From Octopus vulgaris (lineage: Eukaryota): a DNA stretch of 64,000 bases. The notes under the pieces are model-generated. The model was given only the letters and a program-made list of their open reading frames with translations, was not told the origin of the DNA and made no database searches. The stretch spans positions 32,550,001-32,614,000 of the forward strand of contig OX597826.1 in the NCBI GenBank assembly GCA_951406725.2. Direction: 5' to 3'. This document shows positions 1 to 13,637 of this stretch, in pieces. The first letter of the stretch is position 1. Each line of letters begins with the position of its first letter. The position numbers and the translations under genes are program-made.

Positions 1-239
1 CTGCTCCAGCCAGCAATATATTGTAAACAAAGTGACCATTGATCACTGATTTGCAACAAGCAAAATGCTTTATATATATGTGTATTTATGTACGTACATA
101 TATATGTATGTGTATGTGTATGCATGCACACATGTATATATATGTATATATATACTTACATATACATATTCAGTAAGTCCCTTCTGCCAGACCACTAATT
201 TACAGGGATGTAAACAAACCAATGCCGGCTGTAAATCCC

Positions 240-425
240 CAAAAACGAAGAAAAAACACAAGAAAAATCAACAACACAAGGATGCGCAGAGAAGGAAAGA
301 AAGGTCGTTTTATGTTTGGATCAAAGCTCTTCATCAGAAACAGGAGACAGAGGAAAGTCCAAGAGAAAAGGAAGACAGAGGGGAAAAAATCACTAACTAT
401 TCGCATATGGTTACATTTTGAAATG
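240..425 (-). mobile_element. Short PLE-derived repeat with a degenerate minimal hammerhead (same family as 21545-21750)
   Basis: Minus strand reads CTGATGA-A-GAGC-TTT-GATC-CAAAC (GAAA mutated). Flanks resemble the 21545-21750 copy (gaaagtccaagagaaaaggaag...ttacattt). Confidence 0.5.
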
Positions 426-470
426 TATTTATATATGTATATATGTATGCACACACATGTATGTATATAC

Positions 471-633
471 CAGGCTTCCACACAGTTTCCATTCATCGAA
501 TTCACTCCCAAGACGAAGCATTGGTTGTCCTGTTGCTATGGTAGGAAACATTTGCCAACGGTGACACTCAGTTGGATTGAACCCATGAGCAATTGTTTCG
601 CAAAATGAGCACCTTAACCACACAGCCATGCCT
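471..633 (-). mobile_element. CORE-type tRNA-headed SINE (family B), degenerate
   Basis: Reverse complement of the ggctgtgtggtta...ggttca...ttggcaaatgtttc...gagtgaatt...ggaaactg consensus seen many times in the window. Confidence 0.6.
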
Positions 634-1560
634 GTGCATGTATCTCCACACACCCTGTTATACTCTCCATGTACGTTTCCACAATTAGATATCATATTGT
701 ATGGTTTATTATTGATTGTTAGCATTGTATAAAAAAAAAATTTGCCTTTGTCTCCTAAGACATTAGTTTTATCTCAATAGCAGCGAAAGTATCAATCTTC
801 TTTCGTCAATGTTAGGATACCAATGTCAGAAAGTAAACACTCTCTGCTGTTGACAAATATGTCAATACTATTTTTCATATAATAACTTCGTAGTATCTGT
901 ATATACCCCACCCCACACGCATAGATGCTTATGTTCATATGTGTGTGTGTGTGTATGTGTGTGTGTATATATATAAATGTATATCTATCTATCTATATAT
1001 ATACATATATATATATGTATGTATGTATATATACATACATATATCTATATATACATATATATCTGTAAATATCTATCTATCTAATATACATTTATATATA
1101 CCTAAATATATGTATATATATATATATCTATATATATGATGCATATAGCTATATATATTTTGTATATGTATATATGAATGTATATATGTCCCATACATGC
1201 ATACAATCATACATACATATATTTACAACACATGTGTATGTATGTATGAATATACAATAGTCAAATAGTAGTTGTGTACTTATATGTGTGTGTGACTGTT
1301 GTAAAAAACAGAATAAATCAATTTCTTGAAATAAAATAAAATGTGTTTGAAAAGTATATTGGATTGTATTTTAAATGTAGATAATTCTTTAGAATAAGGA
1401 AATTCACTTGCTATAGCCTCAATGCAGCTTCCTTTCTATTGACAATATATATATTGACATTTACTGTACAATAATCATGTAAGTCAGATGGAATGGTAGA
1501 TTCGGATATTTACTTGACTCAAGGATGTGTTTCTTAAAAACTCCAAGATTGTACATACAT

Positions 1561-2175
1561 ATGGCAGTAAGGAGTTTGCTTTCCAATCACATGGTCCCTG
1601 ATTCAGTTCCACAGCATGGCATCTTGGGTATATGTCATTTGCTGAAGCCTTCTGCCAACCAAAGCCTTGTGAATGGATTTGGTAGACAGAAATTGAAAGA
1701 AGCGGCAAGCTGGCAGAAACGTTAGCACGCCAGGTGAAATGCTTAGCGGCATTTTGTCTGCCGTTACATTCTGACTTCAAATTCCGCCGAGGTCGACTTT
1801 GCTTTTCATCATTTCGGGGTCGATAAATTAAGTACCAGTTACGCACTGGGGTCGATGTAATCGACTTAATCCTTTTGTCTATCCTTGTTTGTCCCCTCTA
1901 TGTTTAGCCCCTTGTGGGCAATAAATAAGAAATTGAAAGAAGCCCATCACATGTGTGTATGTGTCTTTGTGTCTGTGTTTGCCCTCCACCACCACTTTAC
2001 AACAGGTGTTGGTTTGTTGATGTCCTTGTAACTTAGCAGTTCAGCAAAAGAGACTAATAGAATAAGTGCCAGGTGGAAGAAAAAATATACTGGGGTCAAT
2101 TCGTTCAGCTAAAATTCTTCAAAGCGGTGCTCCAGCATGGCCACAGTTTAATAAGTGAAAGTAGTAAAAGAAAAA
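1561..2175 (+). mobile_element. CORE-type SINE (family B) interrupted by a family A SINE
   Basis: Head and CORE-like ggcatcttgggtatatgtc at 1561-1700; body resumes at ~1944 and ends at ...ccagcatggccacagt...agtaaaag. Confidence 0.75.
1704..1927 (+). mobile_element. tRNA-headed SINE family A, full length, with 16-bp target-site duplication
   Basis: ggcaagctggcagaaacgttagc...ttcaaattccgccgaggtcgactttgc...ggggtcgataaattaagtaccag...; flanked by direct repeat agaaattgaaagaagc at 1688-1703 and 1928-1943. Confidence 0.85.
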
Positions 2176-2482
2176 ACATGCCATTTCTCTAAATGATGAG
2201 AAAAAGGGAAAAATATACTCTGTCAGTAACATAGTTTAGCACCAATCTTTCCTGATGAAGGCTCCACAAATGGCAGCTTGCTGGAGACAACAGAAAATGC
2301 AAAGATAAATTTTTCACAGATGCATGGCTATGTGGTTAAGAAGTTTGTTTCCAGACTGCATGGTTTTGGGTTCAGTTCCATTTTGTGGTTTGTGTGGCGA
2401 GTAGCAAAAGGCCTAGGTCAACCAAATCTTTGTGAGTGTATTTAGAAGATTGAAGCTGAAAGAAGTCCATTGCAGATGTATA

Positions 2483-3006
2483 CATGATGTCTGATCAAAA
2501 ACTATTGAGACTGTTGCTATGTTAATGGAGCTTAAGTACGTAAGGTGAAGCTGCTTCACACAAATTGACCTTGAATTCTGTCAAGTATGCGTACCAAGTC
2601 AATGTTCTCACTCACTTCTGCTGTTTATAGCAGTACTTGGAAGTAAAGTGAGGTGAGATTGGTTATCTCAACAAAGGGGATTGGGTTTCACTTGCACAGG
2701 ACCTCCTTGACTGTGCTGAGGAAGAAAAAAAAAAACTATTGAAAACGGTGACAAATCGTGGGTCTTTTGCTATGACCCTGAAACCAAGGCAAAATTCAAA
2801 ACCCACTTGGAAGGAACAAGATATCAAGTTGTTGAGGAAATCCAAGAGAATGCAACCCCCACAAAAGAAGTTCCAGGAATGCTTCCATCATTAGAAATGA
2901 ACTTGGGTAAAGAGTATGACTTTGAAGGAGATTAAATGCTGAATTGATATGCAGTGTAGTGTTCCTTTTAGAGCACCTGTCCCAACACTTTTTGATCAGG
3001 CCTTGT
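2483..3006 (+). mobile_element. Internally deleted mariner element (same family as 57842-58735)
   Basis: Left TIR tacatgatgtctgatcaaaaact and right TIR actttttgatcaggccttgta. Internal remnant WVSLAQDLLDCAEE..LLKTV matches VQDLLDCVDNDENFLKT at ~58410. Confidence 0.7.
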
Positions 3007-3819
3007 ATAGAGGCTTCTCCTGTTGGCTTCAACAGCAATTCACTACGTTTCAAGATGATCTGAGTACATGATATCAATATACCTCAATAATTCTGGAACC
3101 TTGGTACCTACCATTTTCAGTGATTCTGAGGTGAGTTGTCTTGTTTGCTCTGTGATAACCAGGTAGTTTTCAACCCTTGGCTTCATGTACATTAACTTTC
3201 CTTGGGTGATATTCTGCAGTAAATTTGGTGTATAAACAAAACACACACACATTGTGTCTGGCAACCAATTAAGGTAAATTAATTTTTGCCTTGTCTCTTC
3301 TTGCTTGAATATTTTTTAGCAAAAAGAGACAAAGTCTTTGTGAATGAGACTTTTCCATTGTTCCGTTCTGGGTTTTGCTTTTTCCATAGTCAAAGAATAA
3401 AATTTTGGAGGTAATTCAGGCAAAAACTGGCAGAAATGTTTCCATCTTGGCATTTTTCATTTGGTGACTTTTGTCTTTATGTGTAGTTTTTAATGTTATT
3501 TTGTTGCTGTCATTAAGCAAACATTCAAAACCACTTAAATTATTCTTTCCGAAAAAGTAGCTTCCGTGTCAGACTTCAAAGCAAGCTTGTTTATGTCTTT
3601 TTACTTGGTGCTCATTCAATGATGGTTTTTCCATTTTTTTTATTCTTTGTGCGCATTACTCGGTTCACTTGACTTCTTGACTTCCTTATAAATCAAGTTA
3701 AATCAAAATGTTCAAATAAAGATATTATCTTTCTGAAAAAGAATTTAATAAAATTTACTTGCCTTGTAAAATAGTTATGTATGTAAAAATATGAATTCAA
3801 TTATTGGAGATTTAATTAT

Positions 3820-4575
3820 TGGTGAAAGGCCAGCAACTTTGGAGGGAGGAGTAAGTTGATTACATCGACCCCCAGTACTCAACTGGTATTCATTTTACCA
3901 ACCCTGAGAGGGACGAGAAGTAAAGTTCACTCCAGAGGAATTTGAACTCAGGGTGTAAAGATGGATGAAATGCTGCCAAGTATTTCACCCAGTGTGCTAA
4001 TGATTCTTTTCTACTCTAGGCACAAGGCCCAAAATTTTGGGGGAGGAGGCCAGTTGATTAGATCGACCCAGTATGCAACTGGTACTTAATTTATCGACCC
4101 CAAAGGAATGAAAGGCAAAGTCAACCACAGCAGAACATAAAGACAGATGAAATACCTATTTCTTTACTACCCAGAAGGGGCTAAACACAGAGGGGACAAA
4201 CACGGACAGACAAACGGATTAAGTTGATTATATCGACCCCAGTGCGTAACTGGTACTTATTTAATCAACCCCAAAAGGATGAAAGGCAAAGTCGACCTCA
4301 GCAGAATTTGAACTCAGAATGTAGTGGCAGACAAAATACCTATTTTTTTACTACCCACAAGGGGCTAAACACAGAGAGGACAAACAAGGACAGACAAACG
4401 GATTAAGTCGATTATATCGACCCCAGTGTGTAACTGGTACTTATTTAATTGACCCCAAAAGGATGAAAGGCAAAGTCGACCTCGGCGGAATTTGAACTCA
4501 GAATGTAGCAGCAGATGAAATGCCACTAAGCATTTCACCCGGCATGCTAACGTTTCTGCCAACTCCCCTTGCCTT
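3820..4575 (-). mobile_element. Cluster of about 4 tandem/nested family A SINEs
   Basis: Repeated gattaagtcgattatatcgaccccagtg...gaaaggcaaagtcgacctc...gaatttgaactcagaa units. Confidence 0.85.
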
Positions 4576-4779
4576 CATTGGAGATTTGAATATTCATTAC
4601 CAGCAAAGACACAATACGTTGTTGTCTATTTTTTCAATCTTTGATCACATTGTTTATAGCCGTATCCATTTACGAAACGTGCCTTGCAGTGATGATTCTG
4701 AATATTATACAAAATGCATAGAGACAAACTTAAAAGTAGAAATTTAAAAAGGTTTACTTCATAAATATAACAACAAGAA

Positions 4780-5530
4780 ATGGCTGTATTTAATTTTCCA
4801 TCGTTTTCCTCAACACCAACAGAAAGAAAGACTTCAGCAGATCTTGATGGTTTGCATGAAACAGTAATTCTACACCACATGATATGAGAGTACAAGTTAA
4901 ATATAGATTTCAATACGGACAATTCTAGATATTGATTTGTAACAGTTTACATGAATGTATTTGTAAAATCCTACATTGATAAGTCAGATGGATGTAGAAA
5001 TGTTAAGGAAAATGTATTCTGGTAGTTTCATGATTTTGTGTCAATGGGATGTTGTAAAGTTAAATGCTCACAAACAGATAAATGGTTTCCATGCAAGGAA
5101 AATCCTGTGAAATGTATAAATTTTTACTGGTGGAAATTCTGTTGAGGCTAAGCCAAAGAAATTAACTGCTTTGAGAGAAAGAAACTGAAATACAAAATAA
5201 TACCAGATGTATGATGCATACCAGATTAGTTAATCAGAAGTAGAGAGGAAGATGCATGTGTTGAGTAAATAACATTACACTATGTAAGAAAATGAGAGGG
5301 AGAATAGACTTGCTGATATCTGTATAAGAAAATTTTCTCCCCTGACTGCTAGGCTTCGATAGTCAAAACAACACAAGTGACAAAGAACTAATATATTGGG
5401 AGCCAGGATAACTTCACAACAAAGCGTATGGCAAAAATATTAACCCCAGCATTTTGAGAAGCAGTTAATATCCCACAAAGTTGGAGTAGAACCTAAAGGA
5501 CATAATCATTTACCAGAATTCTCTCCTTTA
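4780..5530 (+). pseudogene. Highly decayed piggyBac-like transposase relic
   Basis: Cross-frame fragments YKLNIDFNT (~YKLYFDNFF), SVEAK..KEINCFERKKLKYKIIP (~GVEP..V.RFDRK..K.I.I.CP), KMRGRIDLL (~MGGVDLLD) and HNHLPEF, in the expected order, with many stops. Confidence 0.4.
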
Positions 5531-5809
5531 TTTTTTTTACTGAAACAGGGAAAGAAATAATTAAAATGAAAGCTCACTAATTTTACAAAAAGTATTAGGT
5601 ATGTAAAATTATTGTCTTAATTATGAAAATCTTTGGAAAAATAAGTTCAAAGATTTATCTGCATGTGTTGAAGATCTTGAAACTGAATTAAGACATGGGA
5701 CATGAAAGTGAAAATGGTACTAATGGTATGTAGAGTGTTAGGTAGGATGAAAAATATGAATAAAAACAGAGAAGCAACACTGAAGCTTACAGAAGAATTT
5801 ACTGCCTTA

Positions 5810-6011
5810 ATTAAATGTAATCCTTATTCGTTTACTTTATTTTGAATTAATCATGTATTATCTTGTAGCTTTGAGATTTCAGTGATGTGATAGTTTATTT
5901 TTAAAATAGCATTTTAGGTTAGGTGTAAGAGGCTGGATATCTGTCCAGTTTGAACATAAATGGATAAAATATTTTGGCCAGATATGATTGGTTTAAATGC
6001 TAAAGGGTTAA
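5810..6011. mobile_element. Partial piggyBac-type MITE (inverse copy of 30371-30591)
   Basis: Ends ...aatgctaaagggTTAA; internal ggttaggtgtaagaggctggatat is the reverse complement of the 30371 element. Confidence 0.65.
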
Positions 6012-7759
6012 TAATTAACTTCACTAGGAACAGTCCACATCTTACCCAAGACGTTATTGATTAAATATCACAATTGAAACTAAACAATTTTTCCATGCAA
6101 CAAGTACCTAATAATCTAAAACAACAAAACACATGCAACTTAAACTTGAGAAGATTAAAACCCAACAAAATCCCACAACACACATGGCACACACCACACA
6201 CAACAAAACAAAACATTAATTTAAAGAAATAAAAAACTAAAGCCATTTTATAAAATCAACTGATTCAGTACATAAACAAGAGGAGCAGTAACATAGCTGT
6301 AGGGGCAGCCCGACCTAGGTGGCACTTTTAAAGAGGTGGGACTTTTAGGTTCACTGTAAGCAATGTGTGCTTTTTGTGGGGCCTGGGAGTGGAAAATGGA
6401 AGGGCTGCTCAAGGTGGCACACACTTTTGCTACACTAGTGAAGAGGAGTCTATACTGCCCCCCACCCCCACGCAGTTTCCATGGAAAGAAGAACATGCAA
6501 TATGGCACTTGTCTGGGGAAAACAGAAGTGCAACAGGTGGCACTGTAGGAATGTGCATGAAATCATTGAAGAAATACTGATGGAAATTCTTTCATGATTA
6601 GGTAAAAGGGCTGAAATTCTAGCGGGAGATTCTTGTCACTTGCATTTTTCCCAGACTGGTACTAGACTGGTACTTCATTTTATCAACCCGAAAAATGATG
6701 GAGGCCAAAGTTAACCCTGATGCCATTGGAACTCAGAACGTAAAGAGCTGAAAGAAAGGACACTAAGCCTTTTGTCTGATGTGTTAATGACTCTACCATC
6801 TTACCACCTTTTAATGATAAAAATTAAAACAATAATGATGACAACGATGATGATGATGTTTACAGAATGGTGTTCTATTTGACAAGGTTGACAGACAGAA
6901 CAGTAAAGTGAATAATGGAACAGATTATGCTATAATGCTGAAACAACATTTTGCAATGGCATCAAGATTGGCAAGATTGGTAAACATCCAAAAGCTATAA
7001 AATCTGTTTAATGCCAGTGGATTTTAGCCATATTGTATGATGTCAGAGACATTGTGGAAGGTAAAGAACATTTGTAGGAGGATGTTAGATTTGGTCAGTG
7101 ATTGAAGACTAGACCTTATCTCTAAACAGGGTAATCTGTAATACAGGTTGAAAGAAGTTGATAAGAGCTTGGTTGGAGAGAGGAAATGAGAGAGTGAGTG
7201 AGAGAGAGAGAGAGAAAGAGAGAGGTAGATGGAGAGAAATGGGAAGTCAGAGAGAGAGAGAGAGACAAGCAGATGGAGGGAGGCAGGCAGACAGAGAGAG
7301 TGAGTGAGAGAGAGAGAGAGAGAGAGAGACCCTTATCCGCTCAAAGAATTAAGAATTAAAGGGATAATTTTGTGGATTTATGAAGTTACAGTCAAATCAA
7401 AAGGCCCCGTTATTACTTTTGAGTTCATAAGTCTTAGTTATGGAACTGCATTTTCAAAGCAGCTCTAATTGCAATTTAAAACACATATTTCACAGAACCA
7501 CTCTTTTGATAATCACCAGATACGAAAACTGCTGGGCCTCTTCTTCCTAAAAAAGTGGGTTCATAGGAAGATCTTTATAAAAGGACTTGGCTGGTAGCTG
7601 GGTCTGTCTTATCTCCAGTGATAGATATGGCATGGTTGCTTTTAAGTTGGAGAGCAGGTTAATAAAAATTAGTATTAGTATATTAGGACACAGGAGAGAT
7701 GGTAAAACAATTTATTAATGTCTACACTTTAAAATTGACATATTTGAATGTAAATAATA

Positions 7760-8380
7760 TTGGTTTCTAATTTTAGCACAAAGCAGCAATTTCGGGGTGT
7801 GGGTAAGTTGATTATATCGACCCCAGTATTCAACTGGTATTATTTTATCTACCCTGAAAGTATGAAAGGTAAAGTCAACCTCGGTGGAATTTGAACTCAG
7901 AACATAAAAACAGACAAAAATGCCACTAAGCATTTTGTCCAGGACAGTAATGATTCTGCCAGCTCAGTGCTTTATAAATGCAAGTGATTTTGGTTTCAAT
8001 ATTTGACATAAGGCCAGCAATTTTAGAGGTGGGGCTAACCCAGTGCACAATTGGTGTTTATTTCATCAACCCTGAGTGAAATTTGAACTCAGAACATAAA
8101 GACAGATAAATGAAATGTTGTTAAGCATTTTACCTGGCTTGCTAGTGACTCTGCCAGTTCACCATCTTACTTTCATATTAATATTATTTTCAAATTTTGG
8201 CACAAGACCAGCATTTTCAGGGGTGCGTTTAAGTTGATTTCATCAACCCCAGTGTTCAACTGGTATTTATTTTACTGACCCTGAAAGGACAAAGGGTAAA
8301 GTCGACATTGGTGACTTTTTAACTTAGTACTACTGTTAAGCATATTTCCTGGAGCCCTAATAATTCTGCCAGCTCCCTGT
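7760..8380 (-). mobile_element. Three degenerate family A SINE copies
   Basis: Repeated atcgaccccagt...ctggta...gaatttgaactcagaacataa...taagcatttt...ctgccagctc motifs. Confidence 0.75.
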
Positions 8381-8611
8381 CTTATAAATGTAATTTATAT
8401 TAAAAGATGATATTGACTAACCATACCCCAACAAAATGCAAAACTGCTCTGCATCCATTCCTTTAATTATTCCATGATTTGAAAGTTTGGAAGGCTTTGA
8501 TTAAAATTCACCAGGAACATTTAATAAAAAATCAATTATACAATGTTATTCTAAGAGAGAAAATCTCTTGTAATTATAATACTTCAATATTCCAACCAAT
8601 ATGCTATCTAA

Positions 8612-11551
8612 CTAGCCAGAATCTACCAAAATTCTGTTGCTTATTCACATTTTGGGAAGTAAATTCTGCTGAAACTGCAATCAGATTTACTTTGTTTCAC
8701 CATTCTTTATGGTACAGAAGTATAGTCAGAGAATTTAATGTCTCTTGTGTCATTCTTGACCGAAGACATGTCTTTAATCGCTTTGCTAGAGAAAATGTTC
8801 ATTCAGCCGTAGCAGATGTTACAGGATTTACCAGTTAAAGTTGGCAAATTCTACAAATCTCTCATATTAGGTGTCTGTCATGGGTTGCATTTCAAGGAAA
8901 TGGTCTTCATTGTTATCCAAACAATAAACAAAGGTCTCTTTCATAGGAATTTCAAATGCCAGAAATGTCATCGGCATATCTTTCCTTAATAAAATTGGTT
9001 CCTGATGAGGAGTCTTTTTCTCTTTGTTGATTGCCTTTAGAAGCAATGTTTCCCAGCCTTAAATATTACCTTGTATCTCGTTTGATCAAAGCACTGGACA
9101 ATAGAAGAGATTATTCTAACTACAACCTCAAAATAAAACACATATCTGTAATAGCTTGGCGCTACCAATGGAAATGCACTTTCACCAATTTCGCGTTTCA
9201 GTTTTTCTAGGGGTCCTTTTGCTTCTATGGGAATACAAGTTCAGAGAAGAAATGGTACATCCATGCCTCCTGCACAACGTAATCACCGAGGGTTTCAAAT
9301 GAAACACCATCCTACTTATCTCTCAAAACTTGTTGAGGAATTTCCATCTTCCTCTGTAGCTCTGTTGATCACATTAAAATTATCTTTATGTAAGTATGAT
9401 TGCTGCCCAAGGTTTAGTCTAAATAAGAAGTAAAAGTTTCCATTTGAGACTGGCATCCAGTTATGCAGCTCTGCACAATGGCATCCAATTGTAACTATGT
9501 ACATTCTTGCCTGCACTCATAAAGAATTGAACAACTACAAAGAATTTGTATAAAGCAAGCAATTTGTACTCTCCATTGGATTACACTAAAAGTTATGATA
9601 CTCAGTGGCTTTGAGTGTTATAACATGGAGTGTATGGATCATCCACCATGACTACGTTAAATGTGTGTATTTGCTGTATTTAATGTTTAACGATATTTAA
9701 GATATTTAATGTTTTACGAAAAGGGTGACCAATTTAGCTACTGCATAGGGTGGCGAAAATCCATGCTATACCACCGAAAATACATGCAAGTGTCCATGTG
9801 TTTCAGACTTTTCTACATTATCTTTCAACTCCTCTCATAAAGTTTCTCTCCTTTGATCTGAATAAAAATCTTCTTATTCATGACATCTGAAAGTATCTTA
9901 CCTTGCATTGTAGTTTTCTTCACACTCAGACTTAAAGAATATCTTTGACAACTGAAGGCTTTTGATTTCACTTGAAGTTCTTCGAAGCATTTGGCAACTC
10001 TAAATTTTTTCCTGAAGGCTGCAGCTTAATACATCAAAGTATATTTCTCTGTAATTGCATCTATGTAGTTGCAGTCTTGTGAGTGCATCCATCATGATTG
10101 AAAATATTTCTGAAGGTTTTTATGTCTGGCAAATATTAAAGTTCCAGAAATTCTTCATTGATCACCAAGAAATTATCAAACCAGTGAAAACATAAAGTTG
10201 TTTGTTGGATGCATTAAAAAGAAAAGTTTGTACCTACTTCAGCTTGTAAGTCTCTCATATTGAAACCAGGGATTATAAAACAGAGTTTTCATCCCCATTT
10301 AAATGTGGATGTTCTGTAAGAACAGGTTACAGGTAAGTTCACTGCCATCAATCCACTGTGAAGAAAGTTCACCGCAAGGAAAGTTTACTGAGAAAATATA
10401 TCCAATTAGCATCTCACCATTAATAGTTAAAAACTATTTTATTGAAAACAAAAACAGTGAATTGATGAGGGTGAACTTTTCCTGTGGTGAATTAATGATG
10501 GTGGACTTATGGGACATGATTAAAACAAGTTATTCTGTGGTAGATACCATGAGAGCAACTCTGATATTAGCTTTTGGTACAAAATACACTTTTGTTTATG
10601 TCACTAGTGGAGAGATAAATTCTGCCATCTCCAGCACTGAGACCACCTGATCATATGATTTCAACATTCCTTGGTCTTGTCAATGATGGACACTTGCTAG
10701 AGATAGCAGTGACTAGTCTCTCTGGCAACAGTATATAGAAAAACAGTGCCAGTACAGGCACCAGTATCTCGATAAACCAGCGAGCTTGTTATAAACAAAA
10801 TTTATTTTGCATATCGTGGCACAGGTATCTGTTGGTGCCAAATTTGTTGATCCATCTCAGAGGAGTGGAAACATCTTTCCTTTTCAATGGCACTAGGTTT
10901 TGCTATCTAGAGGATGCTTCATATTTTCATTCATGGCTTTTTTGTTTTGGTAAAAGAAGGCAAAATTTTGGTAAATTCTTACCATGCATTTTTGATTTCT
11001 TTGCTTATGTTTTCTTGTGAGTTCAACCAACAATTCTCTGGCATCATTATATTTAAAGAATCAGCACTTTGGTTCCATAGTAGTGCAGTGGCATTGAGAC
11101 AGTCAATGTTTCCCAAAGCATGCATTTTTTCAAATTACAAAATTGTTTTATGAAAACGTGTTTCTTGTAACAGAAATATGGTTTTGAATTGTCATTACTC
11201 ACAGCAAGCGTGGGTCTAGGTTTGGTAATAATGAATAAATTGAAAAGCAGTGAACCAAATTGATTAAAAAAAAATGTTTCAGGGTGCCAGCAGTAGATTT
11301 GTGCAAGAAACAGAAGCAACCCTGAGGCAATTTCGTTGGTTGCTTTTGCTGTTTATGATTGGAATAATGAAGCTGGAATTACTTCAAAAGTAATTATTTT
11401 TCTGGAAATTTTCAGGTGTACTTGTGTGTGGTTTGTGTGTGGCAACTGATGGACAAGAAATATGATTTATTGGTTTTGATTAAAAGAAAATTAGAATTGT
11501 TTGTTGCTTGTGTACCTGTTGCTGTTTGATAATTTTATTAAACACCGCCAT
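8612..11551 (-). pseudogene. Decayed hAT-superfamily transposase (ZMYM1-like), multiple stops/frameshifts, probably with internal insertions
   Basis: Manual minus-strand translation gives hAT motifs in order: YLCHDMQNKIL (~SHDIQNEIL); FHWFDNFLVINEEFL..YLPDIK; DALTRLQL..CNYR; VAKCFEELQ..SCQRYSLSLSVK (~HCHGHSLSLSVK); GCQSQMETF..LNLGQ; YYR..YFEVV..IISSIVQCFDQ; and the C-terminal dimerisation domain LVNPVTSATAE*TFSLAKRLKTCLRSRMTQETLNSL..LYHKE..NFGRF. Possible start aaaATGGCG at 11551. Confidence 0.8.
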
Positions 11552-11904
11552 TTTGAAATAAAAGTGAGACGATTTCTGATTGAACATTTAACACATTTAT
11601 TATATGAAAACCAATAAATTAAAGAATTTAACCCTTTTCTGGTTTATAGTATCGAGGATCAATTAAATTAATTAGCATCTAAGATATAATGTAATAAACC
11701 TAATACATCTTTTTTTCTTTTTTGCATTCACTTCATCAAAACATGGTTTAGTGATTCAGCATTTTTAATCTTGCATTCTAACTGAAGGATTTCCATTTCA
11801 GTACCACTGCAAGGAACTTTTGGAAAGAATCATCTCCTTTAGCTCAAAGCTGATCAAAACCTGAGTGGATTTCATAGACAGAAACTGAAAAAGTTCAGTT
11901 CCTC

Positions 11905-12255
11905 ACTGCAGTTCAGTCCCATTGCATGGCACCTTGGCAAGTGTCTTCTACTGTAACCTCGGGCCAACCAAAGCCTTGTGAGTAGATCTGGTAGACGGAA
12001 ACTGAAAGAAGCCTGTCGTATATATGTGTGTGTGTGTGTGTGTGTGTATGCTTGTGTGTGACCCCCCCCCACCCAACATCACTTGACAACCGATGGTGGT
12101 GTGCTTTCGTCCCTGTAACGTGGTGGTTTGGCAACAGAAGCTGATAGAATAAATACTAGGCTTGCAAAGAATAAGTCCTGGGGTTGATTTTTCTCAACAA
12201 AAGGCAGTGCTCCAGCATGGCTGCAGTCAGAATGACTGAAACAAGTAAAAGAAGA
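11905..12255 (+). mobile_element. CORE-type SINE (family B), 5'-truncated
   Basis: gttcagtcccattgcatggcaccttggcaagtgtcttctact...gtagacggaaactgaaagaagcc...ccagcatggctgcagtcagaatgactgaaacaagtaaaaga. Confidence 0.8.
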
Positions 12256-12386
12256 ATATATATATATATATACACATATACATATGTATATATATACATA
12301 TATATATACATATATATACATATATATATATATATACATATATATACATATATATACATATATATACATATATATACACACACACA

Positions 12387-12417
<31 letters not shown>

Positions 12418-12492
12418 CATACACATATATATATACACACACACACACACACATATATACACATATATATATATACACACATATATATATAC

Positions 12493-12537
<45 letters not shown>

Positions 12538-12542
12538 TATAC

Positions 12543-12594
<52 letters not shown>
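12256..12594. repeat. (TA)n/(TACA)n microsatellite
   Basis: Directly visible. Confidence 0.95.
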
Positions 12595-12596
<2 letters not shown>

Positions 12597-13637
12597 ATAA
12601 AACGGTAAGATAACAAAAGAAAGAAAGAGACCTCAATATTATGTAAATAGAGGAAATTTATCTATACAATATGTTACATTACTCGGTAGTCAAGATAAAA
12701 CTCTGAGTTTCAGATGCCGAAGTGGAAATCCACAACACCATCTCTTCGGTTATCTGGCTATTTGAAAACGTTATGAAAAAATACCGTTAAAAATGAAGGA
12801 AATTACTCTGTTATAACTCTGCTTTGTCTGCGTACTTATACATCGCTCGCATTTTTTCGTCATAAAAATTATATAAAAATACATAAAAAATATATAAAAA
12901 TATATAAAAATATATAAAATCTTCTTGGGACATAACACAGAAAGCATGTTCTATCCGTTTTCTTTAGGGGACCAAAAACGTAACAGAAATTTAGTCACAT
13001 GTGGGCATGATCCGAAAAGTTCTGTCCTTGTATTTAGACATGTGGTAGGGTCTAAGCTGCTTTTCCAGATAAGCCATCTCTCCATGTCGCATAAACCGCA
13101 CCTTCCGCTGCCGTTAGTATAGGGCTTACATCTGGCCAAAATCAACATACAATGGAAGATTTTGGCCAGATGTAAGCCCTATACTAACGGCAGCGGAAGG
13201 TGCGGTTTATGCGACATGGAGAGATGGCTTATCTGGAAAAGCAGCTTAGACCCTACCACATGTCTAAATACAAGGACAGAACTTTTCGGATCATGCCCAC
13301 ATGTGACTAAATTTCTGTTACGTTTTTGGTCCCCTAAAGAAAACGGATAGAACATGCTTTCTGTGTTATGTCCCAAGAAGATTTTATATATTTTTATATA
13401 TTTTTATATATTTTTTATGTATTTTTATATAATTTTTATGACGAAAAATGCGAGCGATGTATAAGTACGCAGGCAAAGCAGAGTTATAACAGAGTAATTT
13501 CCCTTCATTTTTAACGGTATTTTTTCATAACGTTTTCAAATAGCCAGATAACCGAAGAGATGGTGTTGTGGATTTCCACTTCGGCATCTGAAACTCAGAG
13601 TTTTATCTTGACTACCGAGTAATGTAACATATTGTAT

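Noticed and set aside
3010-3500. Possible Tc1 or hAT relic on the minus strand
   Set aside because: Only vague similarity (TRQLTSESLKMVGTKV); too degraded to call.
8612-11551. Initial reading as a MULE-like transposase with an OTU domain, or as ABC-transporter exons
   Set aside because: The ordered motifs and the clear C-terminal hAT dimerisation domain fit a ZMYM1-like hAT transposase far better.
12079-12636. Long YI/HT/poly-D/M/S ORFs here and throughout the ORF track
   Set aside because: Translations of (TA)n, (CA)n, (CAT)n, (TATC)n and (GA)n microsatellites; not genes.
13436-13500. Possible SECIS element in the PLE 3' UTR (some Naiad PLEs encode selenoproteins)
   Set aside because: ATGA is present, but there is no properly spaced AA loop, helix II or GA partner.
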